Origin: an uncultured Clostridia bacterium
Lineage (GTDB): Bacteria > Bacillota > Clostridia > TANB77 > CAG-508
NCBI GenBank assembly: GCA_904387305.1
Contig: CAJFLB010000011.1
Location: 10,156 to 74,155, forward strand
Reading direction: 5' to 3'
DNA length: 64,000 nucleotides
This document shows positions 27,512-35,985 of this stretch, one piece after another. The translations under genes were made by a program, and so were the position numbers. The first letter of the stretch is position 1. Each line of letters starts with the position of its first letter. The notes below the pieces were generated by a model. The model searched no databases. It saw nothing but the letters and a program-made list of their open reading frames with translations, and was not told the DNA's origin.

Positions 27512-29839
27512 TTATTTTTTTTCATTTCTTTTGAAATTAATAACGACTGCATCATCATTATCAAATAAATATCTAGAATCTGTAGTATCTGTTTGAACCG
27601 GGTTGATTTCATCTCTTTCGTCTTTAAAATCTAAATTTTTTAAATCAAATTTCTTTTTTGTTGAAGTATCATCTTCTGTAGTAGTAGTAACACCATCAGA
27701 ATATTTACCAAAATCAAAAGTTTTAATTTTTTGTTTTTCTTTATATTTAGATTCCAAATAATTAAATCTACCAGGTCCAACCATTGGTTTCCCATTAAGA
27801 TCTTTTACTTTAAAAGCACATAATTTATTTGTAAGCATTGTCTGCAATTTACCAGCTGTGAAATAATTAACATATGCCCATTTTGCATCACCATATTTAG
27901 AACCATATTGTGTTTTTTCAGTATCGAAATCAACTTTGTAAGTCCATTCTCTGTGTTGGCCAAATTCTGATACCCACCATTCTAACTCATCTATAACAGC
28001 ATTTCCTGTAAATACTTTGTTTGCACAGTTTGATAAAATAGTATTTCTATAATTTTCTCTAGATTTTGGCGTTTCTAATTGTGCTAAGTTTTGAGCAGAG
28101 ATAATAGTTCCAACACGATATTTTCTATACATTGTAAAGATAGCTTCTGTTGCTTTACAAATAAAGTCAGGGAATTCATCAACATATAGAAAATTAGGAA
28201 CTCTTGAATTTTCCCCACCAGGTCTTCTTAAAACAGCATTTTGCATTGATATTAAGAAGAATAATCCAAATGCTTGATGTGTTGATGAACCTAAATCACC
28301 ACGTCTTGTGCATACAAATGTTATTTCTCCATCTGCCAAAGCTTTATCAAAATCAATATTATTAAATCGATTACATAAGATAGATTTAACACCAGGTAAT
28401 CTTAACAGATTATCTAATTGTGTAACCGCAGCATAAATATCTTTTTCAGTTTGCTCTCTAGCAGGTCCATTATTATAGAAACATTTTCTAAAATATGCAA
28501 GTTGTATAGAATATTTTTCTTTTAATTCTTCATCATGTGCTAATATCTCACACATTTTTTCTATTAATTCAAAGTTGGTGAACATTTTTAGCATATCTTC
28601 CATGTTAGGAAGAGCACCTTCATTCATTCTAGGATACATTTCTTTTAGTAAAATAGCTAAATTTTCAATTGCTTGAATAATAAAGTCTTCCCTATATGCA
28701 TCTTCTACTTCTTCATGAGCGCTATTATACATAGCTTTTAAAGCAGAAGAAATAGTAACGGCTATTTTTGAAGGATCATCATAAACAAAAGGATTTAATC
28801 CCATTGAGTTAGAATTTGATGGATCAATCATATTATATTTAAATCCATAATTATCACAAACTTGTGTCATATGGTCTATTAGCTCATAATCTGGAGACAT
28901 GATTTCCAATCCCAAATTTTTATATACATTTTCACCATTTAGTGGTCCTAAAATCATTTTTTTCATATAAGTATTATAAACTGCTTCTTTTCCTTCAGTA
29001 GGAGCAAGCATTTCTAATTTAAAGTTTTGATTTAGGTATTCATTATCATATGGTCGTTTCAAATGAGCAATACCTGTTTTTAAAGCTGTAAATCCCATTT
29101 CCTTAGAAACTTCTCTGAAAAAGAATTTTTTCTCAATATCTCTTGCAATCATTGGTTCAAATACTAAAGATGTTTTTCCTGTACCAGAACCTCCACATAC
29201 AAATAAAGATAAATATCTAGAAGCTTCCGGAATGGTAATAACTGTTCCATAATCATGATCTGTGCATAAGAAAACTTCGCAAGTATATATACCTTTATCC
29301 TTTTTAGGATCAGATAAATCAATACCAGGATAATCCCAAATAGAACGGATTTGATCTAAGTTGTCATTAATACCCAAATATAACCATTTAAATAATGGAA
29401 ATATAGTAACAAGTGGTAAATAAAGCGAAATACTAATAAATGCAGGCTTTACAATATCAGAAAAATCAGTGATTAATTCTACATAATTAGGGACAGATAG
29501 TAATAATAACCAAGCTCCCATATTTAGCCATTGAGTGAACATAGAAACGGCAATGATATATAATCCAATGACATATACATAGAATATGGCAACCTTTTTC
29601 ATGTTAGAAGTAGCAAATTCAGATTTACCTGAAAATAAGAATGCAAAAACTGGACATGCTAAAGCTAGAGTGTATTGTATAGGTCCCCAATAAGAATAGG
29701 ATACACCTGTAAATATCATAAGAAGCATTTCTACTAGTCTATCTACAGCTAAATATACAGTTAACAATGTTAAAATATATGTTGCAAATGTATTTCTATT
29801 GATATTCAATTTCTTTAAAAATTTATCGATTAGCTTCAT
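27512..29839 (-). CDS. membrane-anchored TraD/TraG/VirD4-like (type IV coupling protein-like) P-loop ATPase, orphan
   Basis: About five N-terminal TM helices. Walker A VCGGSGTGKTS, Walker B FLYVDEFPDF, TIISAQNLAQLE (T4CP SxQxxxQL-like), and an acidic/Thr-rich C-terminal tail. Confidence 0.55.
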   Translation of the reverse strand: MKLIDKFLKKLNINRNTFATYILTLLTVYLAVDRLVEMLLMIFTGVSYSYWGPIQYTLALACPVFAFLFSGKSEFATSNMKKVAIFYVYVIGLYIIAVSMFTQWLNMGAWLLLLSVPNYVELITDFSDIVKPAFISISLYLPLVTIFPLFKWLYLGINDNLDQIRSIWDYPGIDLSDPKKDKGIYTCEVFLCTDHDYGTVITIPEASRYLSLFVCGGSGTGKTSLVFEPMIARDIEKKFFFREVSKEMGFTALKTGIAHLKRPYDNEYLNQNFKLEMLAPTEGKEAVYNTYMKKMILGPLNGENVYKNLGLEIMSPDYELIDHMTQVCDNYGFKYNMIDPSNSNSMGLNPFVYDDPSKIAVTISSALKAMYNSAHEEVEDAYREDFIIQAIENLAILLKEMYPRMNEGALPNMEDMLKMFTNFELIEKMCEILAHDEELKEKYSIQLAYFRKCFYNNGPAREQTEKDIYAAVTQLDNLLRLPGVKSILCNRFNNIDFDKALADGEITFVCTRRGDLGSSTHQAFGLFFLISMQNAVLRRPGGENSRVPNFLYVDEFPDFICKATEAIFTMYRKYRVGTIISAQNLAQLETPKSRENYRNTILSNCANKVFTGNAVIDELEWWVSEFGQHREWTYKVDFDTEKTQYGSKYGDAKWAYVNYFTAGKLQTMLTNKLCAFKVKDLNGKPMVGPGRFNYLESKYKEKQKIKTFDFGKYSDGVTTTTEDDTSTKKKFDLKNLDFKDERDEINPVQTDTTDSRYLFDNDDAVVINFKRNEKK

Positions 29840-29959
29840 TTAAAATATCCTTTCAAAATTCATAATCATACATATATATTATCCTACAAAATAGCGAAAA
29901 AAACAAGACTTTTAGCGAAATTTATCTACTTTTTTATAGTGAAAGTCTAATAACTATAA

Positions 29960-30215
29960 AACACGAAACGCGAGGGAGGAAGTTTCTCCTTTGCAAGTTG
30001 GGTGATAAACACCCGACACATGGATAGCTACTATAGAGAACACAATCACTACTATGCGATTGGGAGAAAGCCGGAGAATACCAGGAGAATTCCAAATTGG
30101 AGTTGGAACCAAGCCAGATCGTGAGTATCACGAAACTGGCCAGGCCTTCAGTTTGACTCCAGAAAAACAGAAAACGTCACTATGCGGTGGCGTTTTCTAC
30201 TTTTCTGGGGTTAAA
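29960..30215. ncRNA. candidate structured RNA of unknown class (G+C-rich island), strand unresolved
   Basis: Local hairpins: GUUGGGUG-AUAAA-CACCCGAC (29996-30016), GCCAG-AU-CGUGA-GUA-UCACG-AAA-CUGGC (30112-30139), and ccagaaaaacagaaaacg...cgttttctacttttctgg (30159-30207). Tandem GGAGAAnnCC repeated three times (30061-30091). No credible ORF or RBS. Confidence 0.4.
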
Positions 30216-30224
30216 CATGAACAT

Positions 30225-30250
30225 TAAAAAAGGAACTAAGTTCCCTTTTT
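30225..30250. terminator. bidirectional terminator
   Basis: aaaaaaggaact-aa-gttccctttttc. Confidence 0.7.
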
Positions 30251-30418
30251 CTGTATGTGCTCTAATGTGATTAAAAGTAGAAATAAACATTTACGACATT
30301 TTGCTATTCTTTTTTTTATATTAAAATAGTAATTCAATTATCATAAAATGTGTAAAAGAGAGTATAAAAAAACATATAAGTGTATATATTATTATGAAAA
30401 AGGTGTGGGAGGAAAGCT

Positions 30419-30703
30419 ATGGAAGATGGATATATACAAGAGAACGAATTGGAAAATTTAGACGAAAGAGAAAAAGAAATAGAACTAATCAAAAATATTA
30501 TTCATACAAGGAGAGAGTTAAAAAATGTGGATAAAAATTTTGAATATGCACAAGATGATTTGGTAGATTATTATATTTATGAAATGAAGGCAAATCAAGC
30601 AAAATTAAATTATTTAATCAAAATGGCAAAAATGAAAGGAATCACAGTAGATATGATTAATGATATAAAATATAGACTTTCTAGTGATGAAGAAGTAGGA
30701 TAG
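30419..30703 (+). CDS. yaaL: YaaL-family protein (DUF2508)
   Basis: LIKNIIHTRRELKNVDKNFEYAQDDLVDYYIYEMKANQAKLNYLIKMAKMKG matches the DUF2508 pattern, and the gene precedes bofA as in Bacillus. Confidence 0.7.
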   Translation: MEDGYIQENELENLDEREKEIELIKNIIHTRRELKNVDKNFEYAQDDLVDYYIYEMKANQAKLNYLIKMAKMKGITVDMINDIKYRLSSDEEVG

Positions 30704-30922
30704 GTCTATTTGTCCAATTGATAGCATAATAATGAGTAAGAGGATATATATGTTATCAATTGGAGGAGAAGGTTGAAAAATAATTACAATTTTGGCTGTG
30801 CGCAGTGGCGAATTTCATTTAAAACGAGGTTACATATAAACATATGCTCCCTTGCCTTTTAAATAAAATTTTTCTTGCCAAAATTTAATTCTTTTCCAAC
30901 CAGAATGTGCCTTCCGAAAGGA

Positions 30923-31195
30923 ATGATTGCGGAAATGGATTTAAATATAGTTACATATTTGGCTTGTATTTGTTTTATATTTATCATTGGAAGAATTTTT
31001 ATTGTCCCACTAAAGAAGATATTAAAACTCATTATCAATTCAATATTTGGTGGGCTTATTATATATGTGATTAATTTAATAGGAGCTAATTTTGGGTTTC
31101 ATATAGGATTAAATATTGTGAATAGTATCATCATAGGATTATTGGGATTACCTGGAGCAGTATGTTTAATCGTTGTAAAATTATTAATAGCATAA
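30923..31195 (+). CDS. bofA: pro-sigma-K processing inhibitor BofA
   Basis: Two-TM protein with IFIVPLKKILKLIINSIFGGLIIYVINLIG ... IGLNIVNSIIIGLLGLPGAV. The start is uncertain (ATG 30923 or 30935; the track ORF starts at TTG 30875). Confidence 0.75.
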   Translation: MIAEMDLNIVTYLACICFIFIIGRIFIVPLKKILKLIINSIFGGLIIYVINLIGANFGFHIGLNIVNSIIIGLLGLPGAVCLIVVKLLIA

Positions 31196-31316
31196 TGTAA
31201 GATAAAAATATAGAATCTAATTTAAAGAAATATAACAAAACTTTTGATATTGTACTAACAAATGGAGAAAGTTTTAAAGAAGTTTTGAAAATAATAGATT
31301 TTTAAGTAAGAAAAAA

Positions 31317-31354
31317 TAAAAAGACAAAATCAATTTTTTGATTTTGTCTTTTTA
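31317..31354. terminator. bidirectional terminator between bofA and glmS
   Basis: aaaagacaaaatca-attttt-tgattttgtctttt. Confidence 0.75.
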
Positions 31355-31381
31355 GCTATTTATAAATATACTTTTCTTAAT

Positions 31382-33223
31382 TTATTCAACTGTAACAGAT
31401 TTTGCTAAGTTTCTTGGTTTATCAACATCTAATCCTTTTTCCTTTGAAATATAATATGATAATAATTGTAAAGGAATAATTGATAAGATTGGTGAGATAT
31501 ATGGGCTAGTTTTAGGAATTTCTAATACAATATCAAACATAGATTTATCAATTTTTTGATTTGTAACAATAAATGTTTTAGCTCCACGAGTGATAACTTC
31601 TTGAAGATTGCTAACAGTTTTTTCAACTAATGTTGGTTCTGTCATAATTCCTACAACGGTTACATCTTTTTCAATTAAAGCAATAGCACCATGTTTTAAT
31701 TCGCCGGCGGCATAACTTTCTGAGTGAATATATGAAATTTCTTTTAATTTTAAAGAACCTTCTTTAGCAACAGTTTCATCTATCCCTCTACCAATAAAGA
31801 AAACATCTTTTTCTTGATAAATTTCTTTTGCAAAATCTCTAATTTTATCTTCTAGTGTTAAACAATCCTCAATTTGTCTAGGTAAATCTAAAATTTCCTT
31901 TTTTAATTCATATAACATTTCAGAATTTTTTTCTAGTATTTCTGCAAAATAAATAGCTAATATAACAATTAAAACAACTTGTGAAGTATATGCTTTTGTA
32001 GAAGCGACTGCAATTTCTGGTCCTGCGTGTGTATAAATAGAATAATCTGCTTCTCTTGTAATAGAACTTCCTATAACATTGGAAATAGCAAGTGTTTTAG
32101 CACCTTTTTGTTTTGATAATTTTAATGCAGCAATCGTATCTGCGGTTTCTCCAGATTGAGAAATAAAGATACATAAAGTTTTATCATCAATTAATGGATC
32201 TCTATATCTAAATTCAGAAGCAATATCTACTTCAGTTGGAATTCTACAAAGTTTTTCGATAATATTTTTTCCTGCTAATCCAGCATGCATAGCTGTACCA
32301 CAAGCGACAATGTAGATTTTATTTAAACTTGATAAATATTCTTTTGTGAATTTTAATTCATCAAATTCACATTTTGAGTTTTGGCTAAACTTAGCTCCTA
32401 TGGTTTCACGAATAGCTGTTGGTTGTTCATGAATTTCTTTTAGCATAAAATCTTCATAACCATTTTTTTCACTGCTAGCAGCATCCCATTCAATACTTTG
32501 TGTCTTTTTGTCTACTTTATTTAAATCTTTATCATAAAATTCAGCAGAATCTCTTGATAAAAATACATATTCAAAATCATTTAAAAGATAGAAGTTTCTT
32601 GTAAATGATAAGATAGCAGGAATGTCTGAAGAAATATAATTTTCATCAATTCCTTTTCCAATAACTAAAGGACTATCTTTTCTAACAACAATCATATTGT
32701 TAGGAAAATCTTTACAAATAATTTCTAAAGCAAAACTTCCTTTTAAATCATTACAAGCATTTTTTACTGCTGTTAAAAATTTCATTTTTCCCGTTTCTTT
32801 TGATTCTTTTGTATAATAATAATGAATTAGATTTGGCACAATTTCTGTATCTGTATCAGAATAAAATTTATATCCATTATCTACTAAAAATTTCTTTAAT
32901 TCATTATAATTTTCAATAATACCATTATGAACAACACTAAATGATTTTGAATTATCTTGATGAGGGTGTGCATTTTCTTTAGATGGTTTTCCATGTGTTG
33001 CCCATCTTGTATGTGCAATACCAATCGTACCTTTTAAATCATCAATTCCTTTTATATCATATAAATTTTTTACTCTTCCTTTATCTTTCATAACAACCAA
33101 ACCTTCTGGTTCAATTGTTGAAATACCTGCAGAGTCATAACCTCTGTATTCCAATCTTAAAAGTCCATTGATTAAAATTGGACTTGCTTTTTGTTTTCCT
33201 ATATAACCTACAATTCCACACAT
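31382..33223 (-). CDS. glmS: glutamine--fructose-6-phosphate aminotransferase (isomerizing)
   Basis: The N-terminus MCGIVGYIG requires a start at 33223 after RBS GGAGGA. Two SIS domains; C-terminal KPRNLAKSVTVE. Confidence 0.95.
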   Translation of the reverse strand: MCGIVGYIGKQKASPILINGLLRLEYRGYDSAGISTIEPEGLVVMKDKGRVKNLYDIKGIDDLKGTIGIAHTRWATHGKPSKENAHPHQDNSKSFSVVHNGIIENYNELKKFLVDNGYKFYSDTDTEIVPNLIHYYYTKESKETGKMKFLTAVKNACNDLKGSFALEIICKDFPNNMIVVRKDSPLVIGKGIDENYISSDIPAILSFTRNFYLLNDFEYVFLSRDSAEFYDKDLNKVDKKTQSIEWDAASSEKNGYEDFMLKEIHEQPTAIRETIGAKFSQNSKCEFDELKFTKEYLSSLNKIYIVACGTAMHAGLAGKNIIEKLCRIPTEVDIASEFRYRDPLIDDKTLCIFISQSGETADTIAALKLSKQKGAKTLAISNVIGSSITREADYSIYTHAGPEIAVASTKAYTSQVVLIVILAIYFAEILEKNSEMLYELKKEILDLPRQIEDCLTLEDKIRDFAKEIYQEKDVFFIGRGIDETVAKEGSLKLKEISYIHSESYAAGELKHGAIALIEKDVTVVGIMTEPTLVEKTVSNLQEVITRGAKTFIVTNQKIDKSMFDIVLEIPKTSPYISPILSIIPLQLLSYYISKEKGLDVDKPRNLAKSVTVE

Positions 33224-33344
33224 AATATAAATCCTCCATTCATGCAATATTTAAAATTGCTTAATATTTATTTTTAATTATATATAAATTTATCTCTAAC
33301 TTATCAAAGAAAGAGATTGTTGGAATTAAAGGTATGCAAATAAA

Positions 33345-33495
33345 ACCTATATGTATTGACCTTTGTTACAGTATTGCTACTGCTCTTTAATCAATACTTA
33401 TGACCATAAGTGAAAGCCATCAGAGCATCCGCCGAATCTTTCGATAACTCTGAACCTCGTCAACACCCTCAAAAGAGTGTCCAGGCGCTATATAT
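33345..33495 (-). promoter_or_regulatory. glmS ribozyme (GlcN6P-dependent self-cleaving leader)
   Basis: The minus strand reads AUAUAUAGCGCCUGGACACUCUUUUGAGGGUGUUGACGAGGUUCAGAGUUAUCGAAAGAUUCGGCGGAUGCUCUGAUGG. This contains the conserved AGCGCC, GACGAGG, AUCGAA and UUCGGCGGAUGC blocks, directly upstream of glmS. Confidence 0.85.
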
Positions 33496-33626
33496 GAACG
33501 AAATATTGCCCTCCTTTCAAAATATTTTCTTGCATACTTTTAATTTACTGTTATTATATTACACTAAAATGGAAAAATAAGCAAGTCCTGGTTAAAAAAT
33601 TTTATTTTTCCAAAAAAGTATCAAAC

Positions 33627-33655
33627 TTGAAAAAGTAAGTAAAAGGTGATATAAT
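33627..33655 (+). promoter_or_regulatory. strong sigma-A promoter (extended -10) driving the 33.66-34.02 kb RNA
   Basis: TTGAAA (33627-32), 17-nt spacer ending TGa, TATAAT (33650-55). Confidence 0.6.
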
Positions 33656-33793
33656 ATAATATGTACAACCCAAAGCGGTTGTAGTACATTGAAAAATAGG
33701 TGCATTGCACCTCATATAAACTGAGGCTGTCTTTGGCCTATTTTTCTTTGTGCAACTAATGATTTAGCCTACAATAAAAAAGGAGGAAAAAGC

Positions 33794-33928
33794 ATGGCTA
33801 AAGAATTGAGAAGTTTACTTGAAATTATTGGCGAGGACGGAATTTTAGGACTGGATTCTATTGACGATCCAGCAGATTCCGAAGACTTCCAGAACCAGGA
33901 ATCCTGGGGAATAGAGTCAAGCCAGTAA
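33794..33928 (+). CDS. 44-aa acidic small ORF embedded in a structured RNA
   Basis: The perfect RBS AAAGGAGGAAAAAGC precedes the ATG. Product: MAKELRSLLEIIGEDGILGLDSIDDPADSEDFQNQESWGIESSQ. Codons are unusually G/C-ending for this genome. Not in the ORF track (below the length cutoff). Confidence 0.45.
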   Translation: MAKELRSLLEIIGEDGILGLDSIDDPADSEDFQNQESWGIESSQ

Positions 33929-33987
33929 CTGACTGGCAACTTGCTCATTCGCAGGTGCCAGTGCCTCAGTTTGTATGTGAAGAAAAA

Positions 33988-34021
33988 GCAAGTTGCCCCC
34001 ATTTGGGTAACTTGCTTTTTT
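33988..34021 (+). terminator. rho-independent terminator with an upstream competitor (anti-terminator) sequence
   Basis: gcaagttgccc-ccattt-gggtaacttgc plus a T-run. The 5' half is also perfectly complementary to ggcaacttgc at 33935-33944. Confidence 0.7.
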
Positions 34022-34024
34022 CTT

Positions 34025-34176
34025 ATGGTATAGGAAAAATCGCTTTTTCCTATACCATAAAAAACAACATTGCACAGAAAAATTGCATAGCAATTTTTCG
34101 CGTCGACAAATCTTTACGCTTTATATATAGTTAAATTAGAAAAGTAGAGAAAAGTTCTCGCGAAGCGAGATTTGTC
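34025..34176. repeat. family B intergenic repeat, copy 2 (rearranged modules)
   Basis: Hairpin atggtataggaaaaatcgctttttcctataccat, then an inverted partial module (cgtcgacaaatct), then atatatagttaaattagaaaagtagagaaaagttctcgcgaagcgagatttgtc, almost identical to 26356-26412. Confidence 0.75.
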
Positions 34177-34219
34177 CTTGTTCTAAAAAAGATTGAAAAT
34201 ATAAAACAGTTTATATATA

Positions 34220-35125
34220 ATGCAATTAGTTACAAAAAACAAAAATATGAAAGGTAATAAAAATATGGACATAGAATTTCAAGAATTTTTAAATAAAGAT
34301 ATTGGATATGGCAATACATTAAAAAATAAAAAAATGAAATTGTTAAATGAGATAAAAGAAAGTATCAAAAAAGACAAACAATTTCTTGAACAAGCAACGG
34401 ATATAGATTTCAAAAAATGGAAAAAGAAAATTGATTTTGATATATTTTCTAACATTATTGATGAATATATAGAAACGGAAAAAAAGAATCATACCGCAAT
34501 GCTAGAAGAAGGAAACTCTCAAATAGAAAAAATAGTGATAAGCTATTATGGAAATCCATATGTGACATTTATTTTATGCATTCAAGCAATTATCAATCAA
34601 AAGCAATTATTATTAGAAGCAGGAGAATTTATGCTATCTACTAATACTTTTATTATCAATATGATAAATCAAATATTACAAGAAAATCACCTTCCTAAAT
34701 TGCTGACACATTGTATAGAAATTGTAGAAGAAAAATCCATAATTGAAAAAGAAATAAAAACAATCATTATTGGTGCTACTCAAAACAAAGCAAAATATTT
34801 AGGAAAATATATTTACATACCATATAATAATTATATCATTTATTGTGTAGATGAAGAATTAGAAGAATTAAGTAACAGCATTTATGATTATGCCTTTAAT
34901 AATTTTTTTGAAGCAGAAGTTTTATTCGAAGAAGATATAGAAGAAGCCATCGAGATAATAAATCTTAAAAAAGATTGTATTGCAGTAATATTAACAAAAG
35001 ATATAAATTTACAAAATTTGTTTAAAGAAAGAATACAAAATAAATTATATATTAATGAAAATCCATTTGTAAAAGAAGAAATCAATATTCCTGTGAATTG
35101 TTTAGAAATTAAGAAAGAGAAGTAA
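34220..35125 (+). CDS. truncated, degenerate ProA/aldehyde-dehydrogenase-like protein (probable pseudoenzyme)
   Basis: [32 protein letters not shown] parallels ProA [48 protein letters not shown] ... LYINENPF parallels AI.HIN.YGS.HT.AI.T ... VYVNASTRF. The catalytic Cys region is missing. The start is uncertain (34220, 34247 or 34265). Confidence 0.4.
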   Translation: [301 protein letters not shown]

Positions 35126-35318
35126 AAAAGTGTTTCAAAATAATAAAGAGGGATTTGAGGAGGAAATTTAACAACAAAGTTCACTTTTTTTGTAATAAAT
35201 AAGACAAAAGGATTGAAAATATAAGAAAATTCATATATAATACAATTATTCAAAATGAGATTACATAAAAGAAAATAGGTAACCATAAAAGCCTAAATAT
35301 GAAATAAGGGGAATAGAC

Positions 35319-35837
35319 ATGAATGTACTAATTAATGAAACAAGAATTGAAAAAAGATTAGATGAAATGGCAAAAGAAATAGACAAAGATTACGAGGGAA
35401 AAGAAATTATTTTAGTTGGTATTCTAAAAGGTTCAGTTGTATTTATGGTAGAACTAGCTAAAAGATTAAAAAACAAAGTACAATTTGAATTTATAGAAGT
35501 ATCTAGTTATGAAGGAACAGAAAGCACAGGAAAAGTAAAGATTGTAAAAGACATTAAGAACAGTATTGAAGGAAAAGATGTGTTAATTATAGAAGATATT
35601 ATTGACACAGGAACAACTTTATCATTTTTAAAAGAGTATTTAAAATTAAAAAGACCAAATAGTTTAAAGATTGCAACTTTGCTTAGTAAACCATCAAGAA
35701 GAACAAAAGAATTAGAAGTAGAATATATTGGATTTAGAATAGAAGATAAGTTTGTAGTAGGATATGGTTTGGACTATAATCAAAATTATAGAAATCTACC
35801 ATATATTGGATATGTAGAAAGTGAAGATGAATTTTAA
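35319..35837 (+). CDS. hpt: hypoxanthine phosphoribosyltransferase
   Basis: PRPP-binding motif VLIIEDIIDTGTTL, with GYGLDYNQNYRNLPYIG at the C-terminus. Confidence 0.9.
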   Translation: MNVLINETRIEKRLDEMAKEIDKDYEGKEIILVGILKGSVVFMVELAKRLKNKVQFEFIEVSSYEGTESTGKVKIVKDIKNSIEGKDVLIIEDIIDTGTTLSFLKEYLKLKRPNSLKIATLLSKPSRRTKELEVEYIGFRIEDKFVVGYGLDYNQNYRNLPYIGYVESEDEF

Positions 35838-35985
35838 GAAAGGGGAAGTTTTCAAACTTCTCTTTTTTCTATTCAACAAAAAAATAAAGTTACACAGAAA
35901 AATTACTTTTTCATAGCCCACAAAATAAACAGGGAAATTGACTTTATGTAAAGTGAAGTGATATAATGGATAGTGAGGTGAAAAA

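Noticed and set aside
29970-30130. CsrA-sponge interpretation of GGA-rich RNA (also considered for 33780-33910)
   Set aside because: It is kept only as a speculative note. In the second region the GGA triplets are explained by Gly/Asp/Glu codons of the small ORF. No CsrA/FliW genes or GGA-in-loop hairpin pattern could be verified here.
29934-30131. 65-aa minus-strand ORF and a 34-codon plus-strand ATG ORF (30019..) within the G+C-rich island
   Set aside because: Neither has a Shine-Dalgarno sequence, and the region is dominated by stable hairpins. It was treated as RNA rather than coding.
29960-30215. SRP (scr/4.5S-type) RNA, suggested by the Bacillus synteny scr-dnaX-recR-yaaL-bofA
   Set aside because: Neither strand contains the universal helix-8 features (the GGUCC-GNRA-GGAAGCAGC type motif, the AGCA symmetric-loop sequence). 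All visible hairpin loops are non-GNRA. dnaX and recR are not present here.
33769-34002. 77-aa minus-strand ORF antisense to the small-ORF RNA
   Set aside because: It has no RBS, spans the terminator and hairpins, has an implausible composition, and the promoter and RBS evidence is on the plus strand.
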